Below are positions 7,238 to 15,095 of a stretch of 19,316 bases of DNA, one piece after another. The notes beneath the pieces are model-generated. The model was not told the DNA's origin, made no database searches, and was given only the letters and a program-made list of their open reading frames with translations. Position numbers and translations under genes: made by a program. This DNA is from an uncultured archaeon (GTDB taxonomy: Archaea > Aenigmatarchaeota > Aenigmatarchaeia > QMZP01 > JAFGSV01). The stretch's first letter is position 1; each line of letters begins with the position of its first letter. The DNA is taken from positions 1 to 19,316 of the forward strand of contig CAZLFZ010000024.1 of the NCBI GenBank assembly GCA_964559215.1, read 5' to 3'.

Positions 7238-7927
7238 ATGCCTATAAAAGCCGTCTTGTTCGACCTTGACAACACGCTGATAGATTTCCTGAAAATGAAG
7301 AAGATGAGCTGCGAGGCCGCCATAACAGCCATGATAGACGCGGGATTGCCGATGAAAAAAGAGGCGGCTATGCGCGTTTTGTGGGACCTGTACGACGAAT
7401 ACGGGATAGAGTACAGCAAGATCTTCCAGCAATTCTTGCTTAAAACGCTGGGTTCGATAGACTGGAAGATACTGGCCAGCGGCATTATCGCGTACAGGAA
7501 TGTTAAGACCGGTTTCCTGGAGCCGTATCCGCATGTGATGCCCACGCTGCTCAAACTCAAAGAGCGGGGCTACAAGCTTGGCGTTGTCAGCGACGCCCCC
7601 AGGATGAAGGCCTGGCTGAGGCTGGCTGCGATGCATATTGCTGATTTCTTCGATGTTGTTGTCACGAAAGATGACGCTAATGGACATCTCAAGCCGCATC
7701 CGACGCCGTACAAGGCAGCCCTGCGCAAAATGGGTCTCAAACCTAAAGAGGTCATATTCGTCGGGGACAATCCGAACAGGGATATCCTGGGGGCCAAGCG
7801 ACTCGGAATCCAGACGGTCCTTGCGAAATACGGCGAGTGGACGAAGGCCAAAGGCAAGTCCCTGCGTCCCGATTACGAAATCAATGACGTCAAGGAGCTG
7901 CTGAAGATACCGGGCCTGGTCAAATGA
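7238..7927 (+). CDS. HAD-superfamily hydrolase (phosphatase-like)
   Basis: Motif I is FDLDNTL (DxDxT), with a downstream S/T motif and GDNPNRD (motif IV-like). The track start at 7178 adds a hydrophobic AT-rich leader; the Met of MPIKAVLFDLDNTL at 7238 is more plausible. Confidence 0.75.
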   Translation: MPIKAVLFDLDNTLIDFLKMKKMSCEAAITAMIDAGLPMKKEAAMRVLWDLYDEYGIEYSKIFQQFLLKTLGSIDWKILASGIIAYRNVKTGFLEPYPHVMPTLLKLKERGYKLGVVSDAPRMKAWLRLAAMHIADFFDVVVTKDDANGHLKPHPTPYKAALRKMGLKPKEVIFVGDNPNRDILGAKRLGIQTVLAKYGEWTKAKGKSLRPDYEINDVKELLKIPGLVK

Positions 7928-8289
7928 TATGGATATTGTCGCTGACGATAATATGCCTGGTTTTGCTGATTTTCTGGCTGGCAAGGTCCTACCTCAAGCT
8001 AAGAACAAAGCTGCTCGAGGCCTTGTCAAGGAAACAGAGCCTGAGCACCAAATACGGCAAGATGACGGAGCAGTTCATGCCCCTGCTGGACATGTACCCC
8101 TATGACGAGCATAACTTCAGGTTCTTGGGGAATCCCGTAGACGGCGTTCAGTTCAACCCTGACGGCATAGTGTTCGTTGAGTTCAAGGCAGCGGACAGCA
8201 GGCTGACCCCGGAACAGAAACGAATAAAAGAACTGGTCGGGGATAAAAAAGTGGGTTTCAAAGAGATAAGGATCCCGAAACCGGATTAG
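7924..8289 (+). CDS. membrane-anchored PD-(D/E)xK nuclease-fold protein (VRR-NUC-like)
   Basis: It has an N-terminal TM helix (ILSLTIICLVLLIFWLA). Then follows NPDGIVFVEFKAADSRLTPEQKRIKELV, which matches the VRR-NUC pattern PD..(E)xK followed by L(S/T)PEQK. The start ATG overlaps the HAD stop (ATGA). Confidence 0.5.
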   Translation: MIWILSLTIICLVLLIFWLARSYLKLRTKLLEALSRKQSLSTKYGKMTEQFMPLLDMYPYDEHNFRFLGNPVDGVQFNPDGIVFVEFKAADSRLTPEQKRIKELVGDKKVGFKEIRIPKPD

Positions 8290-8294
8290 CCAAT

Positions 8295-8747
8295 TCAATC
8301 AACGCTTATTCCGCCTTTGTCTTTCTGGGCTGCTTTTTCGTTGAGCTGTTGCAGCTCCAGACCTAGCTGGTTCATGGAATTGCCGATCTTTTCCATCTCC
8401 AGCTGCAGCTTCGTTTTCACCCTCGCGATCTCCTTTTTCCTTTCCCCTATGATCGACACGGCCTCTGGCAGTGTCTTGTTCGCCATTATGCCCGCGCCTA
8501 TCTCAACCATGAATTTGTTTTTATCCAGCAGCTTCCCATGACCGTAGCACCCCGCACCGAGATGGAACAGCGCCCCCGAGTCTTCCTTGACGCTTTTCAT
8601 CTCACGCAGCGCATTCTCGGTTATCTCAAGCTCGCCTAGCCTCGTTTCCAGCACCGTTCCCTGCTTCGCGAATTCTTCAAGCTGGTTCTGCAGAATCTGA
8701 TACACCAGCACCTTTTCCTGAATTTCCTTTTGTTTTTCATCCACCAA
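8295..8747 (-). CDS. pfdA: prefoldin alpha subunit
   Basis: The ~150-aa protein has N- and C-terminal coiled coils flanking two beta-hairpin segments (ALFHLGAGCYGHGKLL...FMVEIGAGIMANKTL). This is the alpha-class size and architecture. The start is TTG or GTG. Confidence 0.75.
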   Translation of the reverse strand: MVDEKQKEIQEKVLVYQILQNQLEEFAKQGTVLETRLGELEITENALREMKSVKEDSGALFHLGAGCYGHGKLLDKNKFMVEIGAGIMANKTLPEAVSIIGERKKEIARVKTKLQLEMEKIGNSMNQLGLELQQLNEKAAQKDKGGISVD

Positions 8748-8881
8748 TTAGACCACCACAATGTTCGAATACAATGCCAAGATATAATGGATTGTTATTT
8801 AGATTGTTATCTTAGTATATTAAAGCATTTAAACCCACAACAAACTCACAAAATCATTCAAAGAAAGTCCTTCAAAGCCAT

Positions 8882-9229
8882 TCACAGCATCTTTAGTCCC
8901 CCCGTGATCCTGTCTATCTCGTCCTCCCTCCACGGGCCTATACAAAGGGCCGTGACCGTCCCTGGTTTCACCTCCGTTCTTCCCGCATCCTTGATGAGCG
9001 CATAAGGCATCTTGGTTTTCTTCACTTTTTCGTACACCCCGAGCATCTCTTTGAGGGTTTTGACCTTGAGCACGACCTTTTTCGAGCCCCACGCCTCCCA
9101 TTCCAGCTGGGCCTCGAACGGGGACTGCTTGTAGGATTCAAGCGATGCGTGAGCGACCTGGGCGGCCAACTTCCCCTGGCTCAGCTTGAGATCGCGCCGG
9201 ACAACAATGACCTGCTTCCACATAACCAT
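8882..9229 (-). CDS. pth2: peptidyl-tRNA hydrolase, archaeal Pth2 family
   Basis: KQVIVVRRDLKLSQGKLAAQVAHAS...ALIKDAGRTEV...GTVTALCIGP is the characteristic Pth2 pattern. The Cys/Phe-rich N-terminal extension in the track ORF (to 9292) is likely not translated. Confidence 0.8.
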   Translation of the reverse strand: MVMWKQVIVVRRDLKLSQGKLAAQVAHASLESYKQSPFEAQLEWEAWGSKKVVLKVKTLKEMLGVYEKVKKTKMPYALIKDAGRTEVKPGTVTALCIGPWREDEIDRITGGLKML

Positions 9230-9320
9230 ATTTGAGCCGGTATATTTAAAAAAATAGAAACAACAGCGATTGCAAAAACCGCTACATGACACGAACGGAT
9301 TCGATCCAAAATCAAACGGC

Positions 9321-9803
9321 CTAAACTGTAGATCCGGTGACAGTGCCTATGTCGGTCTGTGAATATACTCCGCTGCCCTTTGTGTAAGTTACTGATACTA
9401 GTGTTGAATAACTGCTGCCCGCTGGGGTCAGAGCTACACAGTCGTCAGCGTCGGTGTACAACTCTATTGTGCCGCCAGCGCCAACCGTCCAAGGTGGAAC
9501 TACTGTCGAATTCAAGATAACATTTGGACTGCCTGTGGTGCCACACTCTGCCTTAACTTCGGTTATGCTTATCGAAGATCCAAGCGAGTTCTTCATTGTT
9601 ATGTTAAATTCCCCGGTAGTTGCGTAGTATACCCAGTCCGTTGGCTGTCCGATGTTCGCAAAACCGGTTGACCTTGTCCCTGTCCATGTCGCTGGGTTGA
9701 ACACTCCAAGAGCGTAGAGTGCTGCGGCCACTATGATCACTATCAGGATAGCCCATCCGTACGTCATCAAATACTCCATTGCTGCTTGTGCTTTCCTTTT
9801 CAT
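9321..9803 (-). CDS. type IV pilin-like protein with class III signal peptide (copy 1)
   Basis: The sequence is MKRKA|QAAMEYLMTYGWAILIVIIVAAALYALG: a basic leader, Q at +1, E at +5 and a hydrophobic helix, followed by a Thr/Ser/Gly-rich beta-rich domain. A TATA-like ATTATATA lies upstream. Confidence 0.7.
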   Translation of the reverse strand: MKRKAQAAMEYLMTYGWAILIVIIVAAALYALGVFNPATWTGTRSTGFANIGQPTDWVYYATTGEFNITMKNSLGSSISITEVKAECGTTGSPNVILNSTVVPPWTVGAGGTIELYTDADDCVALTPAGSSYSTLVSVTYTKGSGVYSQTDIGTVTGSTV

Positions 9804-10514
9804 ATTTATCTGTATATAATTGGCTGACCTTGTTTATAAAACGCAATGAAAAAAGACAATAGTCAATATCGGCGTCTCATTGCCTATTCCAAGATAATAA
9901 GGAAAAGGCAGGAATGCCCAGCCAAAGAAACAGAAATAATACTAAAACTGAAAAAATCAAAGAGTGTCCTATCCGGATGGATTTACTGTACTAATCCCTA
10001 TGGATTTAGACAGTGGAGCCTGTCACGGTTCCGGTGTCTGTCTGCATGTATGTTCCGCCCGCTTTCGTGTAAGTTACTGATACTAGTGTTGAATAACTGC
10101 TGCCCGCTGGGGTCAGAGCTACACAGTCGTCAGCGTCGGTGTACAACTCTATTGTGCCGCCAGCGCCAACCGTCCAAGGTGGAACTACTGTCGAATTCAA
10201 GATAACATTTGGACTGCCTGTGGTGCCACACTCTGCCTTAACTTCGGTTATGCTTATCGAAGATCCAAGCGAGTTCTTCATTGTTATGTTAAATTCCCCG
10301 GTAGTTGCGTAGTATACCCAGTCCGTTGGCTGTCCGATGTTCGCAAAACCGGTTGACCTTGTCCCTGTCCATGTCGCTGGGTTGAACACTCCAAGAGCGT
10401 AGAGTGCTGCGGCCACTATGATCACTATCAGGATAGCCCATCCGTACGTCATCAAATACTCCATTGCTGCTTGTGCTTTCCTTTTCATATTTATCTGTAT
10501 ATAATTGGCTGACC
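9382..10514. repeat. tandem duplication: a 448-bp identical segment (9382-9829 and 10067-10514) within two 685-bp-spaced pilin gene units
   Basis: Direct comparison of the two copies shows identity across the promoter-proximal region and about 145 N-terminal codons. The copies diverge only in the last ~15 codons and beyond the -30 region. Confidence 0.85.
10006..10488 (-). CDS. type IV pilin-like protein with class III signal peptide (copy 2, divergent C-terminus)
   Basis: It is identical to copy 1 over about 145 aa. The C-terminus is TYTKAGGTYMQTDTGTVTGSTV versus TYTKGSGVYSQTDIGTVTGSTV in copy 1. Confidence 0.7.
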   Translation of the reverse strand: MKRKAQAAMEYLMTYGWAILIVIIVAAALYALGVFNPATWTGTRSTGFANIGQPTDWVYYATTGEFNITMKNSLGSSISITEVKAECGTTGSPNVILNSTVVPPWTVGAGGTIELYTDADDCVALTPAGSSYSTLVSVTYTKAGGTYMQTDTGTVTGSTV

Positions 10515-10601
10515 CCCCTTATAAATGTTTATCTCGGGGATGTTTAAGCTCAAGGTGCCTGTTTATCTCAAATTTTTTACAACATCAGTTTATTGTGCCA
10601 C

Positions 10602-11459
10602 CTATCCTTTATCACTACCCGATATCTCACGCCTTTCCATTAACCTTGTAAACGGTTCGAAGATGAGCTCCGGTTTCTTGCCCCTCAGTATGATGTTCGC
10701 GTACAGGTGCGGACGTATGCGTATCTTCTTTTTGCAGTTGCCGGCCAGTCCCAGTTCCAGCCACCCGATTGAATCGAAATCGATTTCCCTCGGCAGCCTG
10801 AAACTGGCATCGGTGCCTGAGGCCCTCTTCGGCTCAACGTTCAGGATGGACATGGTCGCCGGCAGCAGCACCCTCTTCCCTTTTTTCAGATTTATTGCCA
10901 GGGAGGCGGAGCTGACCGAAACCGGTGAAAAGCTGTCGTTTACTATCTCGTACCTGATACGCACGTTCCGGATTTTTTTAATCTGATCCAGCCTTTCAAG
11001 TGCTCCGTACAGGTTCACCATCCTTATCCTGTCCGAGTAAAGCTGGCATCCGAGGATCCTGACGAAATCTATTCTGGGAACGTACTGGTCCAGCATCCTT
11101 TTCTGGAATTTGAGCTGCACGTAGATGACAACTATCAGAACGAGCAATAACAGCGCAATCAGGGAATTGAGGCCATTTGCATTCCCGGCGCTCACGGCCA
11201 TGATGAAGGCGAGCACTATTATCCCTGAGAAAAGCAGGGCCTCCGTATGCCTTGCCAGCTTTTTCATTCCGTACCACGCATCCTCGGCCGCATAGCGCGC
11301 TGACCGCCTCAGCCTGCTGAATTTGTGCCGGATGGGGTAAAAGCGGTCCCTGGTGCTCGGCAGTTTCTTGGCGTTGTGCCTGAGACCGTCATGCACCCTT
11401 CTTAACGCGTTCAGGATTTTCTCCCTGATGGACAGCCGCCGTCTTAAAGGGAAAAACAT
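10602..11459 (-). CDS. membrane protein of unknown function (Arg-rich N-terminus, 2 TM helices, ~150-aa C-terminal domain)
   Basis: The 285-aa ORF has TM helices at ALLFSGIIVLAFIMAVSAG and LNSLIALLLLVLIVVIYVQL. It lies on the same strand, directly upstream of the pilin pair. Confidence 0.45.
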   Translation of the reverse strand: MFFPLRRRLSIREKILNALRRVHDGLRHNAKKLPSTRDRFYPIRHKFSRLRRSARYAAEDAWYGMKKLARHTEALLFSGIIVLAFIMAVSAGNANGLNSLIALLLLVLIVVIYVQLKFQKRMLDQYVPRIDFVRILGCQLYSDRIRMVNLYGALERLDQIKKIRNVRIRYEIVNDSFSPVSVSSASLAINLKKGKRVLLPATMSILNVEPKRASGTDASFRLPREIDFDSIGWLELGLAGNCKKKIRIRPHLYANIILRGKKPELIFEPFTRLMERREISGSDKG

Positions 11460-11500
11460 AATATATTATTGCTCTTTTCATGTATTAATTATGATTAATT

Positions 11501-12310
11501 ATGTTGATTGTCTATTCCCCGCAATGCCTTGAATACGAAATCCCAGGCCATCCCGAAAGCCCGGCCCGGGTGCTAAGGATACACGATTTTCTCCTCGAAC
11601 ACGGGTTCAGATTCATTCCAGCGGAACCGGCGACGAAGCATGATGTCCTGCTTGTGCACACGGCGGAGCACTTTGCCAAGGTTGAAAGCAGGGATTACGG
11701 TGATATCGAAACACCTCCGATAGACATAAAATATCCCCTGCTTGCAGCCGGAGTAACGATAAAAGCCGCGGAAAATCTGGGGTTTGCCCTCACCAGGCCC
11801 CCGGGGCACCATGCAGGCCGGAATTCCCTGGGGGGCTTCTGCTACTTCAACAATGTTGCAATAGCGATAAAAAAACTCGGGAAGAAAACAGCGATTCTAG
11901 ATCTTGACACGCATCATGGAAACGGCAGCCAGGAGATATTCCTGGGTGATGAAAACGTCGTGTATGTCTCTCTGCACCAGTCGCCCCTTTATCCGATGAC
12001 TGGTTTGAGCTCGGAAAAGAACTGCCACAACTTCCCCATGTTTCCGGGCACGGACGAGAACACCTACCTGAAAACCTTGGAAAAGGCATCGGCGATCATT
12101 GGGAGGTTCAAACCGGAACTGTTGGCCGTTTCGATGGGGTTCGACACGTTCAAGGGAGACCCTCTGGCAGGGCAGCAGGTGACAGAAAAGGGATACGAAA
12201 GGATAGGGGAAATGGTCGGGGAGCTGAACCTGCCCACCTTCATAGCCCTGGAGGGCGGCTATTCGGATAAAATCGGTGAACTCTGTTATAATTTCTTGCG
12301 CCATTTCTGA
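11501..12310 (+). CDS. histone deacetylase / acetoin-utilisation (AcuC) superfamily deacetylase
   Basis: DLDTHHGNGSQEIF (DxDxHHGNG) and the catalytic-loop context PPGHHAG.....GFCYFNNVA are HDAC-family hallmarks. At 269 aa it is shorter than typical family members. Confidence 0.75.
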   Translation: MLIVYSPQCLEYEIPGHPESPARVLRIHDFLLEHGFRFIPAEPATKHDVLLVHTAEHFAKVESRDYGDIETPPIDIKYPLLAAGVTIKAAENLGFALTRPPGHHAGRNSLGGFCYFNNVAIAIKKLGKKTAILDLDTHHGNGSQEIFLGDENVVYVSLHQSPLYPMTGLSSEKNCHNFPMFPGTDENTYLKTLEKASAIIGRFKPELLAVSMGFDTFKGDPLAGQQVTEKGYERIGEMVGELNLPTFIALEGGYSDKIGELCYNFLRHF

Positions 12311-12508
12311 GTTCTGAGATTGGTTTTAAGATTTCCGGCCGCTGCAGCCTCGTGTCATACCAGTGGGAGTCAATGCAAAAAAGCTTATAAATCTATATTA
12401 ACCATTTTAAAGTGATAACATGAACGAGATGAAGGGAAAACCTGCTGGGCGGTTACCGATAAAGGAAGACTGGATTATTTGCATCGAGAGATTCTGTCTT
12501 CCCATTAT

Positions 12509-12805
12509 ATGCAGGACGACCCGGAATCAGGTGTTATCGGCGAGGCAACCCAGCTTCATAGAGAGACCAGGCAGCTAGGTGACAATACAGGTGACAATAC
12601 AAAGGCACACGAAGTGGTATTGCAAAGAGGTAAAAATGTCATGGGCATATTGGGATACAGGTCTGGCAGTGGTATCAGGCCCGGTTTTGATACAGATTAT
12701 GGGACCGCCCAATCTTTCGACATAGTAAATAGTGATGGAAATCCTGAAGCGGCATTGAATCGTGTGCTCAGGGATTTGCGGAAACACGACAGTAAGAAAT
12801 GTTAG
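12509..12805 (+). CDS. hypothetical small protein (weak call)
   Basis: The Gly/Asp/Asn-rich ORF overlaps an antisense ORF (12575-12871), and there is no recognisable domain. The 12311-13031 region is generally poorly coding. Confidence 0.15.
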   Translation: MQDDPESGVIGEATQLHRETRQLGDNTGDNTKAHEVVLQRGKNVMGILGYRSGSGIRPGFDTDYGTAQSFDIVNSDGNPEAALNRVLRDLRKHDSKKC

Positions 12806-13031
12806 ATTAACAGATTCGATGAATTCCCCATACGTGTTTAGCTCGTACAAACCAACAACTTTCAAAGGCATCGAAATAAAGTCAATCTGCCTTTAAAAAA
12901 TTCTGAAAATTAATAAGCGATAGCATAAGGCTTTTTATCGGTTTATTTCAAATTAGCCAGAGCACCATGATGTTTTGCAGGAACCAGCACACTGAATGCC
13001 CGTGGGGAGTAGCTAAACAAATACGATTCTC

Positions 13032-14108
13032 CTAGTCCTCTTTCCAGAAGAAGGTGTCCGTGCCCTTTATGTGTGACAGGAACTTGCAGGACTTCAGTAC
13101 CCCATGGACATCATGCTCATTGAATCCGAAGTCCTTCGCCACGGCCTTTTCAGCCACCACGAGCCTGCCCGATACCAGGTCGGCCAGGCGCTTCAACTTG
13201 GCATTGAAGTTATACGGCTCCTTTTTCTGGTTGAACCAGCCTGAATAGCCACGCGTGATCGGGTCGTTGATGTTGAAATAAAGATTCCCTTTCCTGGGCT
13301 CCACCATGTAAAGCGAGAAGCCCTTCTCAGAGAAGCGGTTAACGAAATTGACCAGGTCCAGCTTCGCCCCGTCGCTGACCAGCACAATCAGCTTGTATCC
13401 CTTATATTGCCTGGACAGCTTGTGCAGGTACGCCGTCAGGGAGTTCGCGTCCAGTTCAGCGGTTTCGCCAAATGATGTCACGATCACGGACGCCTTGACT
13501 TTGGACATGAACCACCTTTTTACCTTGATGGAGATCACGAACTCGCCGTTCTTTTTCTCCATCTTCGCATTGGCCTTGGACAGGAACTCCTTGGGCGTCC
13601 AGTCTATGGGACCAACCTTCCCGAGCCTCTTGTCCAGCCACCTGGCGTATTCACTGGTGTAGAATATCAGCTTTGCCATTCTCGAATCATCGGACTCTTC
13701 CAGCATTGCTCCCAGGTCCACCTTTATATCCTCTTCTTTGAAGAATTCCTTTTTCTTCGCCTCTTCCTCAGGGTGTCCGTAAACAGCGCGCGAGTGGTCC
13801 TTGCAGAACCTGTATTTCTTGACGTCCCAGCATTCCCTGCACAGCAGCTTGTCACAGCCAGACCACAGGCATTTCCCGGCCCAGTCTGTCCGTGAGCCTA
13901 TCTTCTTGTTACACCTTGAGCAGAACTCCATTTTATTCTCGGACAAGATTTCGTCGAGCTTGGCCTTTGCCTCAAGTTCCCTTTTCTCCACGTCCATCTC
14001 AAGCTCTTTTCTGGCCATCTCTATTTCTGACCCGAGCTTTCTCCCTTCGTTGTCAGCCTCTCCTCCCATTTCAGCCTCCAAGGGCATGCCTTCTTCTCTT
14101 GAAAACAA
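13032..14108 (-). CDS. Cys-rich zinc-finger protein with acidic coiled-coil N-terminus and an uncharacterised C-terminal domain
   Basis: The Cys cluster is FCSRCNKK..13..CLWSGCDKLLCRECW..FCKDH (C2-C2-C2-CH spacing). The C-terminal part IVLVSDGAKLD...E..K-like could be a restriction-endonuclease-like fold. The gene overlaps the upstream gene by 38 bp. Confidence 0.6.
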   Translation of the reverse strand: MFSREEGMPLEAEMGGEADNEGRKLGSEIEMARKELEMDVEKRELEAKAKLDEILSENKMEFCSRCNKKIGSRTDWAGKCLWSGCDKLLCRECWDVKKYRFCKDHSRAVYGHPEEEAKKKEFFKEEDIKVDLGAMLEESDDSRMAKLIFYTSEYARWLDKRLGKVGPIDWTPKEFLSKANAKMEKKNGEFVISIKVKRWFMSKVKASVIVTSFGETAELDANSLTAYLHKLSRQYKGYKLIVLVSDGAKLDLVNFVNRFSEKGFSLYMVEPRKGNLYFNINDPITRGYSGWFNQKKEPYNFNAKLKRLADLVSGRLVVAEKAVAKDFGFNEHDVHGVLKSCKFLSHIKGTDTFFWKED

Positions 14109-14571
14109 CCAGCAAATCGGATACGTATTTCTTGAGCAGGGCGCATCGTCTGACCATGGAGCCCCCCTTCCCGTGCATCACATTCTCCTGCATTTGCTCG
14201 AGTATTTTTGTCAGCTTGCGGCTGTTCCGCATGATGGTGACGTCGGCCTTCATAAGCCTGACAAATTTTTTGTAATCGGCCTTTTCGCCCCATACCAGAG
14301 GCAGCCCCAGTTCCAACAAGAAAACGTCAAGCCATTGCATAACGTCCTCGAGCGCCCCGGCATTGTCAAAATCCTCTTCCAGGTACGCGGCCTCTATCAT
14401 GGGAAAAAGGAAGTCCCTGGACTTGTTTATATCATCGGCGATCATGCGCCTGAATTGCTCATCGGTGCTCTCCGCCTTCTTTGGATCCTTGTAGCCGTAT
14501 CCTGGAACGGCCTTTTCCATCTCCTTGAATTCAGGCTTGCCTTCTCCTTTCGCTTTAACCCATTCGCTCAT
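14071..14571 (-). CDS. small acidic alpha-helical protein, paralogue of the adjacent 173-aa protein
   Basis: The 166-aa protein carries EEDFDNAGALEDVMQWLDVF, which resembles DAAEDAWDDVDSLVDMIE in its neighbour. The start is 1 nt after the upstream stop. Confidence 0.5.
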   Translation of the reverse strand: MSEWVKAKGEGKPEFKEMEKAVPGYGYKDPKKAESTDEQFRRMIADDINKSRDFLFPMIEAAYLEEDFDNAGALEDVMQWLDVFLLELGLPLVWGEKADYKKFVRLMKADVTIMRNSRKLTKILEQMQENVMHGKGGSMVRRCALLKKYVSDLLVVFKRRRHALGG

Positions 14572-14572
14572 C

Positions 14573-15094
14573 TCATTCCCCCGTGATTATTTTCTCCCTG
14601 GCATCCAGCAATGAGCTTATCCCATCGCTGTATTTTTTAATTTTGCCCAGGTTTTTAATAAAGTGCCTTTCCTTCCCTTTTTCGAGCAGCGCCCTGTAGA
14701 GCAGGTACACGGTCCTTTTCATGTCTTTCACTTCCATGACCAGTTGCCTGTCCCTTCTCAGTATGTTCTGGATGTCAGACTCTATCCTTTCTTTGCACTC
14801 CTCGCAGTATCGCTTGTTGCCTTTTAGCTTGGTGGTTTTGCTGTTTTCGATCATGTCAACGAGGGAGTCCACGTCATCCCAGGCATCCTCTGCTGCATCG
14901 CTGAGCTTGTCCCTCTGCAACTCGTAGCTCACCTGGACCACATGAAACAGGTAGTCCTTTATTTTTTTCATCTCGGCTATAAGCAATTCCCTTACCAGCT
15001 TGTCCGTTTTCACGATGTTGGACACGCTGGAATAGCTGTACTCAGGGACAAGGCTCTCCATCCTTTCCATGACATCAAGCATGTTCTCTTCCAT
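14573..15094 (-). CDS. small acidic alpha-helical protein (173 aa), function unknown
   Basis: The ORF is densely packed, with a 1-nt gap to the SPFH gene stop. It has a predicted helical/coiled-coil composition and a CEEC pair. Confidence 0.5.
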   Translation of the reverse strand: MEENMLDVMERMESLVPEYSYSSVSNIVKTDKLVRELLIAEMKKIKDYLFHVVQVSYELQRDKLSDAAEDAWDDVDSLVDMIENSKTTKLKGNKRYCEECKERIESDIQNILRRDRQLVMEVKDMKRTVYLLYRALLEKGKERHFIKNLGKIKKYSDGISSLLDAREKIITGE

Positions 15095-15095
15095 T

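Noticed and set aside
7229-7984. 251-aa minus-strand ORF antisense to the HAD hydrolase
   Set aside because: The HAD reading frame carries the DxDxT and motif IV signatures. The antisense ORF has none and ends inside the downstream gene.
9846-10205. 119-aa plus-strand ORF overlapping pilin copy 2
   Set aside because: It is antisense to a gene whose product has a textbook class III signal peptide. It is Cys/Arg-rich with no features.
13801-14586. 261-aa plus-strand ORF opposite the Zn-finger / small-protein genes
   Set aside because: It is Ser/Leu/Pro-rich low-complexity sequence antisense to three tightly coupled minus-strand genes.
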